A DNA stretch of 64,000 nucleotides from Pseudomonadota bacterium (lineage in GTDB: Bacteria; Pseudomonadota; Gammaproteobacteria; Burkholderiales; Methylophilaceae). The notes below the pieces were generated by a model, which saw only the letters and a program-made list of their open reading frames with translations, did no database searches and had not been told where the DNA came from. The stretch is from assembly GCA_040387515.1 (NCBI GenBank), contig JAZKDP010000016.1, positions 35,735 through 99,734 on the forward strand, written 5' to 3'. The position numbers and the translations under genes were made by a program. Shown here piece after piece: positions 1 through 8,575 of this stretch (its first letter is position 1; the number at the start of each line of letters is the position of its first letter).

Positions 1-246
1 TTATTAATCGGCTTGGGTTTATCGGCCACCATCGCACAGCTTGCACTTACCAGGGCGTATCGTACCGGCAACACATTAACAGTCGCTAGCCTGGCTTATG
101 TCACTGTGGTTTTAGCCAGTTTATTTGGCGTACTTTTCTGGAATGAGCAACTCACATGGTCAGAATGGTTTGCCATCGGCCTAATTATTTTAAGTGGCAT
201 TATTAGCGTAAATACTACAAATAACTCAGCAAAAACAACTCAATAA
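1..246 (+). CDS. C-terminal fragment of an EamA/DMT-family permease (5' end lies outside the window)
   Basis: The ORF runs from the window edge. The translation is hydrophobic with EamA-like C-terminal helices (…LFGVLFWNEQLTWSEWFAIGLIILSGI…). Confidence 0.55.
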   Translation, partial: LLIGLGLSATIAQLALTRAYRTGNTLTVASLAYVTVVLASLFGVLFWNEQLTWSEWFAIGLIILSGIISVNTTNNSAKTTQ

Positions 247-391
247 TACGTCTTTACAGACTTAAAGACACCAGCCTATTTTAATTCTTTCACTACATTA
301 ACAAGCTACGCCAACAAGCAACTAGACTTTTGTTTTAGTTAGCAGTAATCTTAACTTTCCGCGTTATAAATCTTTACTTATACTTAATATT

Positions 392-1180
392 TTGATGATT
401 AAATTTTTTATAACCTTCAAAAGTATTGCCCTACTAGTAAGCGCCAGCATGCTGCTTTCTGGCTGCTTAGGTGGCTCGATTGCGCAGCAAATTGCGCGCT
501 CTATTGCCACTAGCGTGGCAGATAACGCCGTTGCCACTGCGATGGATGTGCAAGAATCGGATGTACAAGACCGTTTTGGGCAAAACAAGAAATATAGCCC
601 AGAAAACAACCCCATCATTTCGCAAAATACAACGCAACAAAATCTAGCACTGCAAAGTCTAGCTGTACCAAATACAGCCCAACAAAACTCCCTATTACAA
701 AAAAACACACAATCAACTGAAGCGCCGTTAGATCCTTATAAACTGGCTTTTGTAAATGCTAGATTCGACGAATTAAAACCCATTGCAGAACCCTTACCCG
801 AACAATTAACCGAAGTTGAAACGCCAATTGCGGTGGTGCAAAGTAATCAATTAGTACCAGTTGAATTGTTTAACTTATTGATTGGCGAAGAGAAAGCGGC
901 TGTTTACACCAAAGCACAACTATTGGGTTCGTCTTCATTACCCAAACAACGAGAATGGAAATTGTGGCGCGTGGCGACTGGCGTGATAAAAACCAGTGTA
1001 ATAAAATCAGAGAATACGAATAAAGCTGTGCTGAACAGTCAAACGGATTCAGCACAGTCCAAACAAATCATTACCTTTTTAATTCCGCCTGAATTTGGAA
1101 AATTGCCCAGCGGCAGCATCGCCTTAGTTGAAATAGCCAGCCCGGGTGAGTTAAATATTGCGCGCTATAAAATCAATTAA
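392..1180 (+). CDS. Lipoprotein of unknown function (Q/N-rich)
   Basis: N-terminal signal peptide with lipobox LLSGC. The rest is low-complexity and Gln-rich, with no recognisable catalytic motif. Confidence 0.5.
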   Translation: MMIKFFITFKSIALLVSASMLLSGCLGGSIAQQIARSIATSVADNAVATAMDVQESDVQDRFGQNKKYSPENNPIISQNTTQQNLALQSLAVPNTAQQNSLLQKNTQSTEAPLDPYKLAFVNARFDELKPIAEPLPEQLTEVETPIAVVQSNQLVPVELFNLLIGEEKAAVYTKAQLLGSSSLPKQREWKLWRVATGVIKTSVIKSENTNKAVLNSQTDSAQSKQIITFLIPPEFGKLPSGSIALVEIASPGELNIARYKIN

Positions 1181-1230
1181 CAAAAAATTTAATTCAGTAT
1201 TGAATTTTTTTACTTAATTAACCAAAAGAA

Positions 1231-1869
1231 TCAAGGATCAATCAAGCCACTGCGCATCGCAATCAATGCAATTTCTGCCGAGTTATTAGCGTTTAGTTTT
1301 TGCTTAATATTGTATAAATGCGTGCCAACTGTACGTGGGCTTAAAAACAAGGTTTCCGCAATTTCGTTGGTAGTTTTGCCTTTTGCCAACGACATAAATA
1401 CTTCAAACTCACGTTCACTTAATATATCTACTGGATTTTGCTCTCCCGACAATTGCTGTATTGCCATTTGCTGCGCAATAATCGCCTCAATGTATTTTTT
1501 GCCGCTTGCCACTGTACGGATAGCTTTTATCAACTCTTCAGCCGCACTACGCTTGGTTAAATAGCCCATCGCACCTGCATTGAGAACGCGTTTTGGATGC
1601 ACAGAATCCTCATGTGCAGACAACACTAATATCTTTGCATTACTATCTTTAGCTAAAATTCGATCAATCGCTTCCATACCGCCAATGCCTGGCATCGTGA
1701 TATCCATCACCACCACATCTGGCTTAAACTCCATGTAGTTTTTAATCGCGTTCTCGCCATTTTCCGCTTCTGCAATAACTTTAATTTCGCTGGCCGATTC
1801 TAGTAACATTTTAAAACCCATGCGCACTACCGCGTGGTCATCGACTAGCATCACATTGATTTGACTCAT
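1231..1869 (-). CDS. NarL/LuxR-family response regulator (REC + HTH)
   Basis: The N-terminus MLVDDHAVVRMG…DVVVMDITMPG is a REC domain. The C-terminus TNEIAETLFLSPRTVGTHLYNIKQKL is a LuxR-type HTH. It resembles UvrY/GacA-type regulators. Confidence 0.85.
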   Translation of the reverse strand: MSQINVMLVDDHAVVRMGFKMLLESASEIKVIAEAENGENAIKNYMEFKPDVVVMDITMPGIGGMEAIDRILAKDSNAKILVLSAHEDSVHPKRVLNAGAMGYLTKRSAAEELIKAIRTVASGKKYIEAIIAQQMAIQQLSGEQNPVDILSEREFEVFMSLAKGKTTNEIAETLFLSPRTVGTHLYNIKQKLNANNSAEIALIAMRSGLIDP

Positions 1870-1956
1870 TTTCTTGTCCTAGTTAACTACTTTTTATTGA
1901 TTACTTTTAAATTTCTTAATTTATATCTCTTAAGTAATATGTGCAAACTGCAACTT

Positions 1957-3759
1957 TTAAACTTTTACAGCTTGCGGAATATAAATGTAAATCGTCGTTC
2001 CTATCTTTATATCACCCGTTTTTTTAACGCTTGAAGCTTTACGGCTAGCTTTGGTTGCAGATTCATTATTAAGCTCAGAATCCACCGTAAAACTGCCTTT
2101 AAAACCCTGTACACGTTCGCGCATACCCAACAAGCCAAAATGATTACTCTGATCAACCGAATCGACATTCATGCCGATTCCATCATCTTTAATCGTCAGT
2201 TCCAGCGCACCTGCTTCGTTCACCGCCAGTTTCACATCAATATGACGGGCTTCTGAATGCTTAATGGCATTATTAATCGATTCTTGCACAATACGATAAA
2301 TATTGATGTTTAAACTTTCACCTAAGCCTTCTAAATTACCTGATAAATCTAAGTTAATCTTTAGATTAGGGTGTTGTTTTTGCAAATTATTAATCGTATC
2401 TTTTAAGGTCTCACTTAAACCCAAATTATCCAGCGAACCTGGCCTTAATTGCTTAATAATATTATGCATGCCATCATAAATATGATTAGCAGCAGCCACA
2501 ATGGTTTGCGCACTGGCTTCTACTTCTGGTGCTTTTTCTTTGGTTTTATTGGCAATGGCAACCGCAAACGTTTTAATTGCAGTGACATATTGCCCAAGCT
2601 CATCATGTAATTCACGCGCCAAACTACGCCGCTCATCTTCAATATGCTTCTGAATCAAGTGCGTGACTTGGCGATTTTCTTCTAATTTACTTTCTGCCGC
2701 CGCTGCTTTGCGCTCTGCGATTTCCACCTGCTTGCGTTCGGTAATATCGCGCATGCTAGAAATATCACCTATTACCTGATTGCTCACGGGATCAATCAAA
2801 GGTGCGGCAGAAATGGATACGTCAATTATTCTGCCATCACGCGCCTGGCGTTGCGTATCGTGATTTTCTACGTTACGCCTATCGTTAATGGCACGCCTGT
2901 TTTCGATCAAATCACGCTCTTGGCCTTTTGGTATCAATGTGCTGGCAGATTTACCAATAATATCTTGTGGCGCATAGCCAAATATCTTTTGTGCGGCCAT
3001 ATTCCAAAACGAAATATTGCCATTCAAATCGTGAATCATCATCGCATCCGCCGTTTGTTGCGCAATAAGTGCCAAACGTTGATTTTCAGAGGTGCTTTTT
3101 TGCAGCGATTCTCCCATTAAGTTAAAGTTTTTGGCAATCGAATCAAACTCAGACAAATTAAAATGCGGCAAACGCGCTGATAAATCACCCCGCTCCATTC
3201 GATTAATGGCTTTCAACATCGGCTGTAAAGGCTGCAGCCAGCGCCCTAACATCCAATACACAATCCCATTTAATAAGATAAAAAACCCAAGCCCTACCCA
3301 AAACAAAATGCGCATTTTGCTCCAAGCCTCACGTATCGCGCCTGCTGGGTTAGGGTTTACGATTAACTTGCCGAAACGAATCAAACGTGAAACAGATGGC
3401 TCATGTGGATTCAACATGTGTTCAAACCATTCTGGAGGTGTTATATCTGCACGATATTTAGAAGGCGGTGATTGAAAAAGCAATGCACCATTTAAGCTAT
3501 ACAAGTAAATTTCATTGCTACGCACATGGCCCAAATGCTCTAAAAAACGCCGCATCACATCATGCGTGTACCCCCATTCTGGGTTTTGAATAGAACTCAC
3601 CACAACGGTATCCAGCAACTGCACTGTCACTCTGGTCGCCGCTTCCACACCTTCTTGAATGGATGATTTCATGCCTTTTAAAATGACATATCCCACCGCC
3701 AGCATAAACAGCAATAGCAGAGTAGCAATCAGTAAATTTAATCGGTAGCGCAAGCTCAT
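1957..3759 (-). CDS. Sensor histidine kinase (2 TM periplasmic sensor, PAS, HisKA_3, HATPase)
   Basis: It has two TM segments flanking a periplasmic region and a PAS-like stretch. An H-box of HisKA_3 type (RELHDELGQ) and G-boxes (DDGIGM…GLLGMRERV) are present. It sits next to the NarL-type RR, so the two form a probable two-component pair. Confidence 0.8.
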   Translation of the reverse strand: MSLRYRLNLLIATLLLLFMLAVGYVILKGMKSSIQEGVEAATRVTVQLLDTVVVSSIQNPEWGYTHDVMRRFLEHLGHVRSNEIYLYSLNGALLFQSPPSKYRADITPPEWFEHMLNPHEPSVSRLIRFGKLIVNPNPAGAIREAWSKMRILFWVGLGFFILLNGIVYWMLGRWLQPLQPMLKAINRMERGDLSARLPHFNLSEFDSIAKNFNLMGESLQKSTSENQRLALIAQQTADAMMIHDLNGNISFWNMAAQKIFGYAPQDIIGKSASTLIPKGQERDLIENRRAINDRRNVENHDTQRQARDGRIIDVSISAAPLIDPVSNQVIGDISSMRDITERKQVEIAERKAAAAESKLEENRQVTHLIQKHIEDERRSLARELHDELGQYVTAIKTFAVAIANKTKEKAPEVEASAQTIVAAANHIYDGMHNIIKQLRPGSLDNLGLSETLKDTINNLQKQHPNLKINLDLSGNLEGLGESLNINIYRIVQESINNAIKHSEARHIDVKLAVNEAGALELTIKDDGIGMNVDSVDQSNHFGLLGMRERVQGFKGSFTVDSELNNESATKASRKASSVKKTGDIKIGTTIYIYIPQAVKV

Positions 3760-3768
3760 AATAGTGCG

Positions 3769-4581
3769 CTAATCATCAATCGTAATCGTTTTAAAATCAG
3801 CTGGCACAGGCGGATAATCTAATTGAAGTTTTTTTAACGCACTAAATAATAAACGTGAAATCAATAAGTTACGGTTAGTCTTGGAATCTGCTGGCACCAC
3901 ATACCAAGGCGCATAACTAGTGCTAGTCGCTGCCATCGCATTTTCATAAGCCTGCATATATTTCGGCCAAAGTGCACGCTCTTTTAAATCATTTGGATTA
4001 AATTTCCAAGTTTTAGTCGGGTCATCCAACCTATCTTGCATACGCACTTTTTGCTCTGCTTTTGAAATATGCAAATAACATTTAACAATCACCGTACCGG
4101 TTTCAGTTAACTGTTTTTCAAACGCGTTAATCTGCGCATAACGGCGCTTGCACTCTGCATCATCAATCCAATCATGCACTTTCACAATCAGCACATCTTC
4201 ATAATGGCTACGATTAAAAATCACAATCTCGCCTTTTTGCGGCACTTGTTTATGCACGCGCCACAAATAATCGTGCGCTAACTCCTCCTCAGTTGGACCT
4301 TTAAAACTTGCCAAGCGAATGCCCAGCGGATCACATTCACTAAAGACATGTCGTACCGTACCATCTTTTCCGCTGGCATCCATACCCTGCAAAATCAGCA
4401 ACACTTTATGCTTGCCTTGCGCGTATAAAATATCTTGCAACGCATTAATTTTGCTGGCGAGCTTTTCAAGCTCTAATACATCTGCTTCTTTTGATATGCC
4501 ACGTTCAGATCTATCGTCTGGCTTGATATTTTTAAGTGAGAATTTTTTGTGGTTAACGCGATATTGCTGCAAATTAGACAT
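3769..4581 (-). CDS. ppk2: Polyphosphate kinase 2 (PPK2 family)
   Basis: Walker A GMDASGKDGT. The PPK2 lid region and the single-domain size of about 270 aa both fit the family. Confidence 0.8.
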   Translation of the reverse strand: MSNLQQYRVNHKKFSLKNIKPDDRSERGISKEADVLELEKLASKINALQDILYAQGKHKVLLILQGMDASGKDGTVRHVFSECDPLGIRLASFKGPTEEELAHDYLWRVHKQVPQKGEIVIFNRSHYEDVLIVKVHDWIDDAECKRRYAQINAFEKQLTETGTVIVKCYLHISKAEQKVRMQDRLDDPTKTWKFNPNDLKERALWPKYMQAYENAMAATSTSYAPWYVVPADSKTNRNLLISRLLFSALKKLQLDYPPVPADFKTITIDD

Positions 4582-4623
4582 AATAAAAAACCTTTAAAAT
4601 TGTTATCAATTTAACACACTCCA

Positions 4624-5625
4624 TTACAGCGTATCTAGCGGACTACCCACACCACGCCCACCTTTATTAAGTACATGGGTATAAATCATCGTAGTAGAAA
4701 CATCTGAATGGCCTAATAATTCCTGCACGGTGCGAATATCGTAGCCACCTTCAAGCAAATGCGTAGCAAAACTGTGCCTAAAAGTATGTGGTGTAGCTAA
4801 CTTTGTTAACCCAGCTAAATTCACTGCTTTTTTAACACTACGTTGCACAGTTTTTTCATCGGCATGATGTCTGCGCGTGATTTTTGAGCGAGGGTCTACA
4901 GAAAGCTTGATTGAAGGAAACACATATTGCCAACTCCAATCTTTAGCTGCATTTGGGTATTTTCTATCTAACGCCATCGGCATAAACACCGCACCAAAAC
5001 CAGCAGATAAGTCATCTTTATGCAACGCCTGCACTTTAAGCAAATGGCTTTTCAGTGGCTCAATTAGGGTAACTGGCAACATGGTGACCCTGTCTTTAAA
5101 ACCCTTACCCTCGCGCACTAAAATCTCGCGCCTTGCAAAATCAATATCTTTCACTCTTAAACGCAAGGTTTCCATAATGCGCAAACCACTACCATACAAT
5201 AAGCTGGCTATTAACCACATCGTGCCATCTAAACGGTTGAGTATCGCCTGCACTTCAGCCTGTGTAAGTACTACGGGCAAACGCTTTGGCGCTTTAGCCT
5301 GCGTTACGTTATCTAGCCATGGAAGTTCCTCCCCTAGCACTTCTTTATACAAATACAACAAAGCACTTTTTGCTTGATTTTGCGTACTAGCAGAAACATT
5401 GCGCGCTACAGCAAGGTGCGTTAAAAAAGCCTCTACTTCTGTCGCACCCATCTCTTTTGGGTGCTGCTTGCCATGATGCCATATATATCGTTTAATCCAA
5501 TCTACATAAGTTTTCTCTGTGCGTAAGCTGTAATGCTTAATGCGCATTTTTGCTATCACTTGCTCCAACAGTTTAGGTGGCGGAGCAGATAGTTGAGATT
5601 CATCAGGTGTGCTTGGGTTATTCAT
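4624..5625 (-). CDS. intI: Integron integrase IntI (tyrosine recombinase)
   Basis: Strong similarity to IntI1 throughout ([39 protein letters not shown]). The IntI-specific additional domain [21 protein letters not shown]…DPRS…RRHH is present. The catalytic C-terminal motif is [39 protein letters not shown]. It is divergent from the cassette array. Confidence 0.92.
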   Translation of the reverse strand: MNNPSTPDESQLSAPPPKLLEQVIAKMRIKHYSLRTEKTYVDWIKRYIWHHGKQHPKEMGATEVEAFLTHLAVARNVSASTQNQAKSALLYLYKEVLGEELPWLDNVTQAKAPKRLPVVLTQAEVQAILNRLDGTMWLIASLLYGSGLRIMETLRLRVKDIDFARREILVREGKGFKDRVTMLPVTLIEPLKSHLLKVQALHKDDLSAGFGAVFMPMALDRKYPNAAKDWSWQYVFPSIKLSVDPRSKITRRHHADEKTVQRSVKKAVNLAGLTKLATPHTFRHSFATHLLEGGYDIRTVQELLGHSDVSTTMIYTHVLNKGGRGVGSPLDTL

Positions 5626-5756
5626 TCATTGTTATTTAGGTGTGCTAAAATTTATTTAATAATTGATTTAATTAAGATTATGCGCTATATATTAAAATTA
5701 TCAACCTGTCCTAATAAAAGATTAAGTTTTTTTTTGGGGTCTACTTTACGTTAGAA
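5626..5756 (+). other. attI recombination site region (core G|TTAGAA at 5750-5756)
   Basis: AT-rich spacer between the intI start and the first cassette. GTTAGAA at 5750-5756 is the exact reverse complement of the TTCTAAC R'' box of attC1 (6295-6301), which places the attI x attC junction between G5750 and T5751. Confidence 0.6.
5663..5691 (+). promoter_or_regulatory. Candidate cassette promoter (Pc-like): TTGATT-17-TATATA
   Basis: -35 TTGATT at 5663-5668 and -10 TATATA at 5686-5691, separated by a 17-nt spacer, oriented into the cassette array. This is from sequence inspection only. Confidence 0.35.
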
Positions 5757-5765
5757 GGCTACTAA

Positions 5766-6290
5766 ATGGACTATCGAGATTTCACCTCTCTACTAACCCG
5801 AATTTTCGGGGCCTTCATGATAGCTAATGTCTTTTTCTTTTATCTCCCAGGCAGTATTAGTAATGCACTTCCTGCGCTGAAGTTGTCGTTTGGGATATTT
5901 ATTTTTCATGCCTTTCTACCTTCCGCCCTCCCGCTGCTAGTAGGCATTCTGTTGATTAAGTTTCCTTACACAATCACTAACAAACTAATAAAAGGTGAAG
6001 CCATCTCAGTTCTGCCAAATCAATATTTACTACAGATTGAGCGCATTGCATTTTGTGTACTGGGGTTCTTTGTAATATCTCGGTCACTATCTGATCTCGC
6101 TTATTACTTAGCCACTTACTATTGGGGCCATCATCTCAATGCTCCATTTCAAACAGAGCAATACATTCTTTCCCCAGATCATTTCGGCAATATCATTGGT
6201 GCAATTCTGGAAACCATATTTGCGCTTTGGCTTATTTTTGGAGCTGTCGGCATTGCAAAAACGCTAGCTAGTGTTCGAGACCGCGAATGA
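5766..6290 (+). CDS. Integron cassette 1 ORF: polytopic membrane protein of unknown function
   Basis: 174 aa with about 4-5 predicted TM helices (FGAFMIANVFFFYL, LPLLVGILLI, AFCVLGFFVIS, IIGAILETIFALWLIFGAVGI). It lies within cassette 5751-6348 and is followed directly by attC1. Confidence 0.6.
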   Translation: MDYRDFTSLLTRIFGAFMIANVFFFYLPGSISNALPALKLSFGIFIFHAFLPSALPLLVGILLIKFPYTITNKLIKGEAISVLPNQYLLQIERIAFCVLGFFVISRSLSDLAYYLATYYWGHHLNAPFQTEQYILSPDHFGNIIGAILETIFALWLIFGAVGIAKTLASVRDRE

Positions 6291-6294
6291 TAAC

Positions 6295-6354
6295 TTCTAA
6301 CCCATCATTCAAGCGGGACTGGCTAAAGCCAGCCCCTTAATTCAAACGTTGGGC
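6295..6354 (+). repeat. attC1 (R'' TTCTAAC … R' G|TTGGGC)
   Basis: The sequence cccatcattcaagcgggactggctaaagccagccccttaattcaaacGTTGGGC contains the imperfect internal palindrome GGGACTGGCT/AGCCAGCCCC. The central 50 nt are identical to attC2. Confidence 0.75.
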
Positions 6355-6357
6355 ATC

Positions 6358-6726
6358 ATGCTAATTTCCAAAACAATCTTACGGTGGAGTCTACTGCTAA
6401 CGGGGGTTGTGTTTTGCCTCATTTACCTTAACAGCGCCTTCTATCGTGCTTGGGTTGCTGGTGGCCCTCCCACCGACAATCCCGAGGGCTGGCTTTTCAG
6501 TGCTGGCAACTATTTATCCTGGGCTTTAGCTTTTCTTACTTCAGGCATTGGTGTGTTTGCTCTTATCAGCAAATTACCTTCATTAAGTAGGGTCGCTTTG
6601 GTTTTTATTGCCTTATCAATAATTCTTGGCATTTTTCCAAGTGCACGAGAGTTTGTAGCATCAGATGTTTGTTTAGACTCAGGCGGCAAATGGCTCTCGT
6701 CAGAACTTAGGTGCATTCATGAGTAA
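6358..6726 (+). CDS. Integron cassette 2 ORF: small membrane protein of unknown function
   Basis: About 122 aa. An alternative TTG start at 6349 would overlap the core site. There are 3-4 hydrophobic helices. The cassette spans 6349-6783. Confidence 0.55.
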   Translation: MLISKTILRWSLLLTGVVFCLIYLNSAFYRAWVAGGPPTDNPEGWLFSAGNYLSWALAFLTSGIGVFALISKLPSLSRVALVFIALSIILGIFPSAREFVASDVCLDSGGKWLSSELRCIHE

Positions 6727-6729
6727 TAT

Positions 6730-6789
6730 GCCCAACCCATCATTCAAGCGGGACTGGCTAAAGCCAGCCCCTTAATTCAAACGTTATGT
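6730..6789 (+). repeat. attC2 (R'' GCCCAAC … R' G|TTATGT)
   Basis: GCCCAAC at 6730-6736 is the exact reverse complement of G+TTGGGC, the first bases of cassette 2 at 6348-6354. This is the R''/R' pairing expected for an excisable cassette. The internal sequence is identical to attC1. Confidence 0.8.
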
Positions 6790-6823
6790 GGAAGTCATCC
6801 CAAAATCACCAAAAAACTGAAAG

Positions 6824-7213
6824 ATGAAACTCATTTTGAAAAGACTATCGATAGTTGTATTTTTCTTAGCGCTGTCCGGGTGTAGCAGTATTCCAACTGG
6901 TGGTCGCGACAATTGGATAGGCTATACAGAATCGGGAGAAGCTTCTTTCTACGCCGATAAATTTGAGAATCGAAAAACTGCTAGCGGAGAGCTGTACAAA
7001 CATAGTTTAAAAACGGCGGCTCATAACAAAATACCTTTCGGTTCAAGTGTAAAGGTAACGAACAAGAATAACGGGAAAAGCATCGTTGTAAAAATAAATG
7101 ATCGTGGCCCTTTCGCAAAAGGCCGAATTATTGATCTTTCAAAATCTGCATTCAGTAGTATTGGTAACACATCTTCTGGTTTTATAAATGTCAAAATAGA
7201 AGTTGTTCGGTAG
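6824..7213 (+). CDS. Integron cassette 3 ORF: RlpA-like double-psi beta-barrel (DPBB) lipoprotein
   Basis: Signal peptide with lipobox LSGCSS. The DPBB/RlpA signature is GEASFYADKFENRKTASGE…FGSSVKVTNKNNGKSIVVKINDRGPF. The cassette spans 6784-7280. Confidence 0.65.
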   Translation: MKLILKRLSIVVFFLALSGCSSIPTGGRDNWIGYTESGEASFYADKFENRKTASGELYKHSLKTAAHNKIPFGSSVKVTNKNNGKSIVVKINDRGPFAKGRIIDLSKSAFSSIGNTSSGFINVKIEVVR

Positions 7214-7215
7214 CA

Positions 7216-7286
7216 CATAACAATTCGTTCAAGCGGGCACTTAAGGTGTCGCTTACCTAAAACTTAACGCTTTAAATCCGTTAAGT
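7216..7286 (+). repeat. attC3 (R'' ACATAAC … R' G|TTAAGT), longer variant with a terminal hairpin
   Basis: ACATAAC at 7216-7222 is the exact reverse complement of G+TTATGT, the start of cassette 3. The 5' half (aattcgttcaagcgggcac) is homologous to attC1/2. The 3' half holds the palindrome AACTTAACG-N8-CGTTAAGTT followed by a T-run. The R' assignment to GTTAAGT at 7280-7286 is tentative. Confidence 0.55.
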
Positions 7287-7724
7287 TTTATTTTTTAAAG
7301 CCTCTTTGTTCCAGCCCACAATGCCTTCTTTCATCACGCGCGCATCTTTGTAACCTGCCCCAATCGCACGCTCTGCTGCAGCGTGTGATGCTTGGCAATA
7401 ACTGTTATAGCAATAAAAAACCAACGTGGTGCTTTTATCTTTTGGTAATTCGGTTAGCGCATATTTGTTGTAAGAAGTGAGCAGTAATGCGCCCGGCACC
7501 ACACCTGCATCTGTGCGCGCTTCGCTATTATTGGCATCTAAAATCGCTACATTTTTTGCTTTATTATCGACAAATTGTTTTACTTCTTTTACTGAGATTT
7601 CTTTTACCGCATCCCCTGCATATGCCAAACCGGCAAAAGCAAATGCAATAAAAACGACTGTAGTAAAAACGGCTGTGAGAAGAAAACTTTCACTGGGAAA
7701 AGTCCTGCTTGATAACTGTTTCAT
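7281..7724 (-). CDS. Secreted rhodanese-domain protein (putative sulfurtransferase)
   Basis: The signal peptide starts at the MKQLSS… methionine, so the ORF-track start at 7763 is probably too long. The rhodanese-like fold has a candidate active-site Cys in FYCYNSYCQAS. Its stop codon overlaps the attC3 core. Confidence 0.55.
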   Translation of the reverse strand: MKQLSSRTFPSESFLLTAVFTTVVFIAFAFAGLAYAGDAVKEISVKEVKQFVDNKAKNVAILDANNSEARTDAGVVPGALLLTSYNKYALTELPKDKSTTLVFYCYNSYCQASHAAAERAIGAGYKDARVMKEGIVGWNKEALKNKT

Positions 7725-7940
7725 ATATGCCCTATCACTAAAAATGACCATCAAAATTAACACGTATGTTCTGACCTAATCTGACCAAATTAGTTACATG
7801 AGTGAGTTAGATTAGTCTGCTGAGTTTGCTAAAACTTACAAGCATCAATAGCATTTAAAATCAGCGTTAAGAATTAAGTTTAAAAACGTGATTTAAAAAA
7901 TAATGTTCAAAAAATGTCGCTTTAGTTTTACACTGTTCTA

Positions 7941-8570
7941 ATGAAAACTTCTTCTATCTTATCCGCCAGCGTTGCTATAAACACAGCAATTATCGCCAAC
8001 GAATCTGAAATAGAATCGCTAGACCGTGCCATTGGCGATGGCGATCACTTTATCAATATCAAGCGCGGCACTGAAGCCATCGCTGGCATGCATGCCGAAT
8101 TGCTAGCCTTGCCTGCTGATGAAGTTTTAAACAAAATTGGCATAAAGCTACTCAGCACAATCGGCGGTGCTTCTGGGCCATTGTTTGCCAGTTTTTTTAT
8201 AGGCATGGCTAAAGTCATCAAACAGAACGGCGGTAATAATCCGCTTGAAATAGCCGCCGCATTTGCCGCTGGCGTGCAAAGCATTATGCAGCGCGGCAAA
8301 GCGGATTTAGGCGAAAAAACTATGTTGGATGTGTTGATTCCTGTCTCCACCACATTCACTTTAAGTGCAGCAGAAGGTAAAAGTCTGGCAGAAATTTGTA
8401 GTGCAATTAAGTTGGCAGCAGATACTGGTTTAGAATCAACCCGTAACTTAATCGCCACGAAAGGCCGCGCGGCAGGTTTGGGCGAACGCGCGATTGGACA
8501 TTTGGACGCAGGCGCAAAAAGCTGCCAAGTGATGGTGCACGCGGTGTGCGATTCAATGCTTAAGGGTTAA
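7941..8570 (+). CDS. dhaL: Dihydroxyacetone kinase, ADP-binding subunit DhaL
   Basis: DhaL motif DRAIGDGDHF, about 210 aa. Confidence 0.8.
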   Translation: MKTSSILSASVAINTAIIANESEIESLDRAIGDGDHFINIKRGTEAIAGMHAELLALPADEVLNKIGIKLLSTIGGASGPLFASFFIGMAKVIKQNGGNNPLEIAAAFAAGVQSIMQRGKADLGEKTMLDVLIPVSTTFTLSAAEGKSLAEICSAIKLAADTGLESTRNLIATKGRAAGLGERAIGHLDAGAKSCQVMVHAVCDSMLKG

Positions 8571-8575
8571 GTTAC

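Larger units (their letters stand above)
4624..7286. mobile_element. Chromosomal integron: intI + attI + 3-cassette array
   Basis: intI lies on the minus strand, followed by an AT-rich attI whose core GTTAGAA is at 5750-5756. Three plus-strand ORFs each end in an attC with RYYYAAC/GTTRRRY boxes. The R''/R' complementarity is consistent across the cassette junctions. Confidence 0.85.

Noticed and set aside
2851-3475. Antisense ORFs inside the histidine kinase (2851-3120, 3092-3475). Similar nested ORFs lie within glnE, yhdP, ftsK and mfd
   Set aside because: They are fully embedded in long, well-supported genes on the opposite strand, with no motifs and atypical composition. These are spurious six-frame artefacts.
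5600-5780. LexA operator (CTGT-N8-ACAG) controlling intI
   Set aside because: The only CTGT (about 5706) is not followed by ACAG at the right spacing. This was not scanned with a PWM, so a degenerate site cannot be excluded.
6349-6357. TTG start at 6349 for the cassette 2 ORF
   Set aside because: It would begin inside the attC1 core site (G|TTGGGC). The ATG at 6358 is the more plausible start. Both were left noted in the feature.
7281-7940. Rhodanese gene as a fourth, inverted integron cassette with an attC in 7764-7940
   Set aside because: The downstream region contains AACTTAC…GTTAAGA at about 7833-7890, but neither box fits RYYYAAC/GTTRRRY. The R'' is also not the complement of the preceding core GTTAAGT. 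It is more likely the chromosomal flank.
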